Shown one piece after another: positions 6,273 through 11,693 of a DNA stretch of 11,693 nt. The notes below the pieces were generated by a model, which did no database searches, was not told where the DNA came from, and worked only from the letters and a program-made list of their open reading frames with translations. Numbering within the stretch: the first letter of the stretch is position 1; the number at the start of each line of letters is the position of its first letter. Source of the DNA: Candidatus Sumerlaeia bacterium (lineage in GTDB: Bacteria > Sumerlaeota > Sumerlaeia > SLMS01); NCBI GenBank assembly GCA_038208905.1, contig JBBQYG010000133.1, positions 1-11,693 of the forward strand, in the 5' to 3' direction. The position numbers and the translations under genes are program-made.

Positions 6273-7031
6273 ATGATCTCGAAATACCTGGTCCCACAGA
6301 TTTTCCTCGGCCTCTTCCTGCGCAAGCTAGAGCTGGACAACTTCAACAAGCTCGCCGAGCAGCTCCCCTGGCGCCTGCCCGAGTTCGACGGCCAGCCCCA
6401 GATCGCCAAGAATGTCCCGGCCAACGCGCCGCCCGACGCCATCCGCGCGCGTTTCACCTCCGCGGACGGCCGCAAGGTCCTCGAAGTCGCACCCGCCAAG
6501 ATTCACTTCCGCATGCTCCCCGGCGACTTGGTCGAGGTTGAGGGCCAGCCCAACCAGCGCAGCCTCAAGCCCGCCGGCATCGCGGAGTCCTTCGCCGCGT
6601 TTCTTCCCCTCGCGCTCAAGGTCAACAACGTCTTCAGCGAGCACTACGCCGCGACCTCCAACCGCATCGGCCTCCTCACGGAGCTGTTTGCCCCCGTCGG
6701 CGGCTCGGCCAACCAGCGCATGCAGACGAGCCTGCTGGCGTCCAAGAATCACTTCGGCGAGCGCCTTCAGGAACTGAAGATCGAGGCCCTCTCCCGCCCC
6801 ACGCTGGACAACGACCGCATGGTGAACCGCTGGATCCGCGTGAAGCCCCTTCGCGCCAACGACGAGCGCCGCGGCGACCTCGCCCTCGGCGTCGAGGTGG
6901 ACATCAACACGCTCCCCGAGGACTCCTACGACATCAGCGCGAGCGATGTGGAGAGCTTCATCAAGGCCGTCGAGAAGCACATCAGCGAAAGCATCCCGCT
7001 GCTTCACGACGCCTCCCTCGTCGAGGGATGA
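6273..7031 (+). CDS. Conserved hypothetical protein (loosely TIGR04255-like)
   Basis: ATG 6273; the track start at 6150 lies inside the terminator. 252 aa with typical codon bias and motifs P.NAPP....RF.S.DG, RIGL and VDINT. TGA overlaps the argH ATG (ATGA). Confidence 0.75.
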   Translation: MISKYLVPQIFLGLFLRKLELDNFNKLAEQLPWRLPEFDGQPQIAKNVPANAPPDAIRARFTSADGRKVLEVAPAKIHFRMLPGDLVEVEGQPNQRSLKPAGIAESFAAFLPLALKVNNVFSEHYAATSNRIGLLTELFAPVGGSANQRMQTSLLASKNHFGERLQELKIEALSRPTLDNDRMVNRWIRVKPLRANDERRGDLALGVEVDINTLPEDSYDISASDVESFIKAVEKHISESIPLLHDASLVEG

Positions 7032-8536
7032 GTCAGGGCGCGCCGGTCTGGAGCAAGCGTGTCGGCGACGCCTCCGTGGCCGACGCGAATGTGAAGTTCT
7101 GCGCTGGATACGACGTGGCGGGGCGGGGCGCGGCTGATTCGCGCCTCGCCCCGTTCGATTTGCAGACCAACGCCGCCCATCTGTTGATGCTGGAGGAACG
7201 GGAGATCATCCCCCAGGAGCCCGCCGCCGAGGCGGCCTCGGGTCTCCTCAAGCTCAAGGCCCGGCTCGAGGGCGGCGAGGATCTGCTCCGGCCCTCCTGC
7301 GAGGACATCCACATGTCGGTGGAGTCGCTCCTCACGGAACTGGTTGGCGCCGACGCCGGGGGCCGCATCCACACGGGCCGCTCCCGCAACGACCAAATCG
7401 CGACGGACATGCGGCTGTGGCTGCGGGATACCGTGGCGGCCTTTGCTGAGGACTTTGCCCTTGTCGGGCGCGCCCTTGCAACCCACGCGCGCCAGCACCT
7501 GCACACCGTGTGCCCCGGGTTCACCCACGGGCAGCCCGGCATGGTGACAAGCTGGGGCCACACGGCGATGAGCTACATGCCCCGCATCCTCCGCGACCTG
7601 CGCGCGCTGGCGGCGATCCTGCGCGAGCTATCCACCTGCCCCCTGGGCGCGGCGGCGGGCTATGGCACCGGCTGGCCCATCGACCGCAACCGCACGGCGA
7701 CGCTACTGGGCTTCAAGCACCCGAGTCCCTCTGGCGCGGATTCCAACTGGAGCCGCGGAGAGATGGAGGGCCGCCTGGCCGTGGTGCTGGCGCAGTTCCT
7801 CTCCCATCTCGCGGGCATCGGGCAGGACATCATTCTTCTCAGCTCGCCGCCGCGCGACTGGCTCCGCCTGGCCGACGAGCACGTGACCGGCAGCAGCATC
7901 ATGCCCCAGAAGCGGAACCCCGATTTCGCAGAGGTCACGCGCGCCCGCGCCGCCCACGCCCTCGGCATCGCGCAGGGGCTCCTCGGCATTTCCAGCGTCC
8001 TGCCGTCGGGATACAACCGCGACACGCAATGGACCAAGTACCTGGCCTTCGACGCGGCGGACAACGCCCTGCACGCGGGGCCACTCTTCGCCGACGTGTT
8101 CGACCGCGTGCGGGTCAACGCGCCCGCGATGCGCGCGGCCTGCGACGTGGGTTTCCTGAACGCGACCGACGTGGCCGACTACATCGCGCGATCGCGGCGG
8201 ATTCCATTCCGCGCGTGCTATCGCCTGATCGGCGCGGCGGTGAAGGAATGCGAGTCGGCGGGCCGGCTCACCCGCGAGGCCATGAATCCGATCCTCGCGG
8301 CGGAGCAACTCGCCCCGCTCTCCGAGTCGGAGTGGCAGCGCCTCGAGGACCCCGCCGCGCTCCTGATGCTCCGCGCCCAGCCCGGCAACCCCCACCCCGA
8401 CGAAACCGCGAAGTCCATCGACATCCTCCTTGCGGAGATCGAGGAAGAACGCGCCCTGATCGCCGGCAAGGCGGCGGAGTGGCGCGCCGCGATCGACCGG
8501 CTGTGGGGGCAGGTTAAGGCGACGGCGGGCGAGTAA
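7028..8536 (+). CDS. argH: Argininosuccinate lyase
   Basis: EDIH, HTGRSRNDQ, PGFTHGQP, CPLGAAAGYG, the fumarase/ASL signature TGSSIMPQKRNPD, YNRD, ATDVADY and IPFR. Confidence 0.95.
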   Translation: MSQGAPVWSKRVGDASVADANVKFCAGYDVAGRGAADSRLAPFDLQTNAAHLLMLEEREIIPQEPAAEAASGLLKLKARLEGGEDLLRPSCEDIHMSVESLLTELVGADAGGRIHTGRSRNDQIATDMRLWLRDTVAAFAEDFALVGRALATHARQHLHTVCPGFTHGQPGMVTSWGHTAMSYMPRILRDLRALAAILRELSTCPLGAAAGYGTGWPIDRNRTATLLGFKHPSPSGADSNWSRGEMEGRLAVVLAQFLSHLAGIGQDIILLSSPPRDWLRLADEHVTGSSIMPQKRNPDFAEVTRARAAHALGIAQGLLGISSVLPSGYNRDTQWTKYLAFDAADNALHAGPLFADVFDRVRVNAPAMRAACDVGFLNATDVADYIARSRRIPFRACYRLIGAAVKECESAGRLTREAMNPILAAEQLAPLSESEWQRLEDPAALLMLRAQPGNPHPDETAKSIDILLAEIEEERALIAGKAAEWRAAIDRLWGQVKATAGE

Positions 8537-8552
8537 AGAAAAGGAACAGCAG

Positions 8553-8908
8553 TTCACCACAGAGGCACAGAGAACACGGAGAAAGAAAAAAAAGGAGGGA
8601 ACCACGGAGGGCGCGGAGGTCACGCAGAGAAAGTTGAGGACGGCGGTTGGCAACGCTTTCTTTGAGGCGATTACTCACTGGGAAAGCGTCGCGGCCGTCG
8701 CCTCTCAAGGCTTGCTTGCCACAGTATCCCGAGGAATGGTTCCAGTGATACGGATACTTTAGCACGGCCCGAACCCTCAAAACCTCTCGGCGACACTGGG
8801 AAAGTTCCCTCTCCATTTCTTCTCCTTTTTTCTCCGCGTCCTCCGTGCCCTCCGTGGTGCCCCCCTTTTTTTTGTTTTTCTCAGTGTTCTCTGTGTCTCT
8901 GTGGTGAA
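8553..8908. repeat. Long inverted-repeat element: ~80-bp arms made of CACRGAG-type 8-9-mer units around a ~195-nt spacer (MITE/REP-like)
   Basis: 8553-8584 TTCACCACAGAGGCACAGAGAACACGGAGAAA matches the reverse complement of 8877-8908 at 30/32 positions. 8601-8632 ACCACGGAGGGCGCGGAGGTCACGCAGAGAAA pairs with 8829-8858. The A-tract and T-tract linkers also mirror each other. Confidence 0.88.
8634..8708. other. Long hairpin (candidate ncRNA domain or terminator downstream of argH)
   Basis: Nested pairings: TTGAG/CTCAA (8634-38 with 8704-08), GACGGC/GCCGTC (8639-44 with 8694-99), GCAACGCTTTC/GAAAGCGTCGC (8650-60 with 8682-92), TGAG/CTCA (8663-66 with 8674-77). Confidence 0.6.
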
Positions 8909-8932
8909 TCCCTTCTTTCGGCGGCCTTCGCG

Positions 8933-9748
8933 ATGTCCTTCTTCAAGAAACTCTTCGGCGGAGAGAAGTCCCCTGCTCCCGTCTCCTCTGTCCCTTCCTC
9001 CGCTCCCGCTCCTCCTGTTCCTCCCGTCGATCTCTCTCGCGCCGGCGAGTCGATCGATTGCTCCGGTATCGACTGGAACGGAGAAGGACAGCTCCGCTGG
9101 GTCCGCGAAGTTTTGGCGGAACGCGTGGGCGACCGGCTGGCGCCGCTGCTGCTGTCCGAACGGTTTCGCGGCAATGCCGAGTGCTCGCCCACCGACGCGG
9201 CGGTGCTGTTTTCCATGGCCGCGTCGATGGAGCCGGGCCGCATCATGGAGATCGGCAGCGGATATACAACCGCCACCCTGCGCCACGCCAAGGAAGTGTA
9301 CATGCTCCCCGGCGAGCTGATCGCCGTGGACCCAGCGCCGCGTATAGACATCTTCGATCTGGTGGATGCCCACCTCGAGCAGCCGGCCCAGGAAGTCCCC
9401 GTCTCCGACTTCCAGATCCTCGTCGAGGGCGAAATCCTCTTCCTCGACACCACCCACATCTACCGCCCCGGCGGAGAAGTCGAGTACCTCATCGACAAGG
9501 TGCTCCCCGCGCTAAACCCCGGCGTGGTGGTGGGGATGCACGGCATCCGCCTGCCGCGGAACTATACGCGGGCGGAACTGGAGAAGGGCTTTTCGGAGCA
9601 GGCCCGCCTGCTCGCCCACCTGCGGGCGCGCCCGGCGGAGATCATCTTCTCCGGCGGCTGGCTGGCCGAGCACCACCCCGGCGTCGTCGATTCCGCGCTG
9701 CCCGGCATTCCCGGCGAATCCACGGCGCTGTGGTTCCGTGTGAAGTAG
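8933..9748 (+). CDS. Class I SAM-dependent methyltransferase (Methyltransf_24-like)
   Basis: Motif I RIMEIGSGYTT, LIAVDPAPR, ILFLDTTH, and VLPALNPGVVVGMH. Pro/Ser-rich N-terminal linker. Confidence 0.85.
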   Translation: MSFFKKLFGGEKSPAPVSSVPSSAPAPPVPPVDLSRAGESIDCSGIDWNGEGQLRWVREVLAERVGDRLAPLLLSERFRGNAECSPTDAAVLFSMAASMEPGRIMEIGSGYTTATLRHAKEVYMLPGELIAVDPAPRIDIFDLVDAHLEQPAQEVPVSDFQILVEGEILFLDTTHIYRPGGEVEYLIDKVLPALNPGVVVGMHGIRLPRNYTRAELEKGFSEQARLLAHLRARPAEIIFSGGWLAEHHPGVVDSALPGIPGESTALWFRVK

Positions 9749-9880
9749 CGTTTCCGCCGGACGGCGACCCCGCTCGCCACCTTGCCGGTTGCATCCGGCG
9801 CCCCCTTGGGTGACCTTGCCGCCCTAGCTGGGCAAATCCGCCCCGCGCGAACTCCAATAGTTTTGAGGAAGCTCCCCTTT

Positions 9881-11602
9881 ATGGCCACTCGCCCCGACGT
9901 GCCCGCCCTCCCTACCGATCTGAAGCCCAAGGATGGCGTTCTGCGCATGATGCCCCTGGGGGGACTGGGGGCGATCGGGATGAATTGCTGCCTCTTCGAG
10001 TACTCCGGCGAGATCATCATGCTCGACTGCGGCCAGATGATGCCCGACGAGGAACTTCTCGGCATCGACTATGTCATCCCCGACGTTACCTACCTCCTGA
10101 ACAAGCTCGACCGCTTTCGCGGCATCATCCTGACCCATGCCCACGAGGACCATGTAGGCGGGTTGCCGTATATCCTTCCCCAGTTGCCCAAGGACACGCC
10201 GGTCTATGGCAGCGAACTGACCATCAGCCTGCTGAAGGAGAAGATGCGCGAGCACCGGCTCTCTCCCAATTTCAAGCTGCTGCACGCGCGCCAGAAGGTC
10301 ACCCTCGGCAAGCACTTCGTCGTCGAGCCGATGGCCGTCACGCACTCCATGATCGATGCGTTCGCCTTCGCCGTCTCCACGCCCATCGGCACCTTCATCC
10401 ACAGCGGCGACTACAAGATGGACCCCGCGCCGACCGATGGCGTCGGTTTCGACTTCCACGCTTTTTCCCGCCAGGCCGAGGGCCCCGACGAGGGGATCCT
10501 GATGCTGATCGCCGACTCCACCGGCGCCGACCGCCCGGGGATGTGTCCCTCCGAATCGACGACGGTGCCGGTCCTCGACCGCCTGATCCGCGAGGCCACG
10601 GGACAGATCATCATGGCCACCTTCAGCAGCTCGCTCCACCGCATCCAGACGGTGCTGAACCTGGCCGCGAAGTATGGCCGCGTGGTCTTTCCCGCGGGCC
10701 TCAACATGGAGCGCAACATCCGCGTCGCAAGCTCCATCAACGCCATCGAGATTCCCTGCGAATACGTGGACGACATGGACAAGGCGAAGAACTATCCCGC
10801 CAACAAGCGCCTCATCCTGACGACGGGAAGCCAGGGAGAGCCGCTCTCCGGCCTCTCCCGCATGGCGCTCGACGCGCACCGCGCCTTCCGCATCGAGCCC
10901 AACGACACCGTGATCCTGTCGGCGCGCCTGATCCCCGGAAACGAGAAGGCCATCTATCGCCTGATCAACCACGTTTCGCGCCGCGGGGCCAAGGTGTTCT
11001 ATCCCGGCAACACGCCGGGCATCCACGTCTCGGGCCACGCCTACCAGGACGAAATGCGCCACCTCTACAACCTCACGAATCCCCGGTTTCTCGTGCCGGT
11101 GCACGGCGAGTACCGCCACCTCCGCGCCCAGGCCGACGTGGCGGTGAATTCGGGGATGCTAGAGGAGGAAATCATCATCATGGAGAACGGCGACTGCCTG
11201 GAGGTCACCCCCCACGCAGCCCGCATCATCGGCAAAATCCCCCACGGCCGCATCTTCGTGGATGGCAAGGGGATCGGAGACGTGGAGGAGGTCGTCATCC
11301 GCGACCGCCGCTACCTGTCGGAGGATGGCGTGGTGCTGGTGATCCTCTCGGTCTCCCGCGATACCGGCGAGATCCTCAGCGGGCCGTTCCTCCACAGCCG
11401 CGGCTTTGCCAGCGAGGAAGAGGCCACCGCCATGATGAAGGAAGCCACCGAGATCGTCCGCGAAGCCTATGAGGCCATGAACCGCGAGGCGCAGGAGGAG
11501 AGCGCCGTCGTCCAGGCGACGATCAAGAAGGCGATGAAGCTTTTCCTCAAGAAGAAGACCGACCGATTCCCCGTCATTCTGCCGGTAGTTATGGAAGTCT
11601 AG
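9881..11602 (+). CDS. rnj: Ribonuclease J
   Basis: PLGGLGAIGMN, LDCG, THAHEDH (metallo-beta-lactamase motif), THS, GDYK, TGSQGEP, IPGNE, HVSGH, PVHGEYRH and DRRYLSEDG. ATG 9881 is preferred over the track's TTG 9782. Confidence 0.96.
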   Translation: MATRPDVPALPTDLKPKDGVLRMMPLGGLGAIGMNCCLFEYSGEIIMLDCGQMMPDEELLGIDYVIPDVTYLLNKLDRFRGIILTHAHEDHVGGLPYILPQLPKDTPVYGSELTISLLKEKMREHRLSPNFKLLHARQKVTLGKHFVVEPMAVTHSMIDAFAFAVSTPIGTFIHSGDYKMDPAPTDGVGFDFHAFSRQAEGPDEGILMLIADSTGADRPGMCPSESTTVPVLDRLIREATGQIIMATFSSSLHRIQTVLNLAAKYGRVVFPAGLNMERNIRVASSINAIEIPCEYVDDMDKAKNYPANKRLILTTGSQGEPLSGLSRMALDAHRAFRIEPNDTVILSARLIPGNEKAIYRLINHVSRRGAKVFYPGNTPGIHVSGHAYQDEMRHLYNLTNPRFLVPVHGEYRHLRAQADVAVNSGMLEEEIIIMENGDCLEVTPHAARIIGKIPHGRIFVDGKGIGDVEEVVIRDRRYLSEDGVVLVILSVSRDTGEILSGPFLHSRGFASEEEATAMMKEATEIVREAYEAMNREAQEESAVVQATIKKAMKLFLKKKTDRFPVILPVVMEV

Positions 11603-11606
11603 GGGC

Positions 11607-11641
11607 AACAGCGGGAACGGCGGGAAAAGCGGAACGGTAGC
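11607..11641 (+). repeat. Degenerate 9-mer tandem repeat (AACNGCGGG) directly after the rnj stop
   Basis: AACAGCGGG AACGGCGGG AAAAGCGG AACGGTAGC, the same unit as at 6064-6119. Confidence 0.65.
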
Positions 11642-11693
11642 ATGGGCGTCGACCAGCCCACATCACGGGAGCGTTTCAGCGCATGGCATCCCT

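Noticed and set aside
8633..8810. Known riboswitch (SAM-I, cobalamin, glycine), 6S/SRP RNA, or retron msr-msd
   Set aside because: Only isolated words match (CACTGGGAA, GGCCCGA, AACCTCTC). The ordered consensus elements are absent and there is no reverse transcriptase in the window.
8514..8816. 100-aa minus-strand ORF inside the inverted-repeat element
   Set aside because: It runs through the repeat arm (SLRDLRALRG, SPCSLCLCGE are repeat translations), overlaps argH, and has no recognisable motif such as GxxExxY.
7510..11472. Long alternative-frame and antisense ORFs (7510..8517, 7703..8653, 9058..9813, 9824..11119, 9985..11472 and similar)
   Set aside because: Arg/Pro/Gly-rich shadow ORFs expected from high-GC codon bias, overlapping well-supported genes.

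Overview
GC-rich bacterial chromosomal window. The style of the pilin-like and large secreted proteins suggests a Candidatus Sumerlaeota/PVC-like lineage, but that is inference only. The left ~2.9 kb is a decaying accessory strip, mostly invisible in the ORF track. In order it holds the 3' end of a BrnT-type toxin, two tandem in-frame copies of its antitoxin, a broken second BrnT fused directly to an internal class D (OXA-type) beta-lactamase fragment with a nonsense codon, a DUF4190-anchored pilin-like gene, an MNT/HEPN toxin-antitoxin pair whose toxin is frameshifted, and an excisionase-like HTH gene. The rest holds a polytopic membrane protein (- strand), a large secreted protein with a duplicated C-terminal domain, a hypothetical gene coupled to argH, argH, a class I SAM methyltransferase and rnj. 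Four intergenic spaces carry short-unit tandem repeats. Two of them form inverted-repeat cassettes (purine arm, structured spacer, pyrimidine arm). The larger, at 8553-8908, has ~80-bp arms around a highly structured ~195-nt non-coding core and is the best candidate for an undescribed element.
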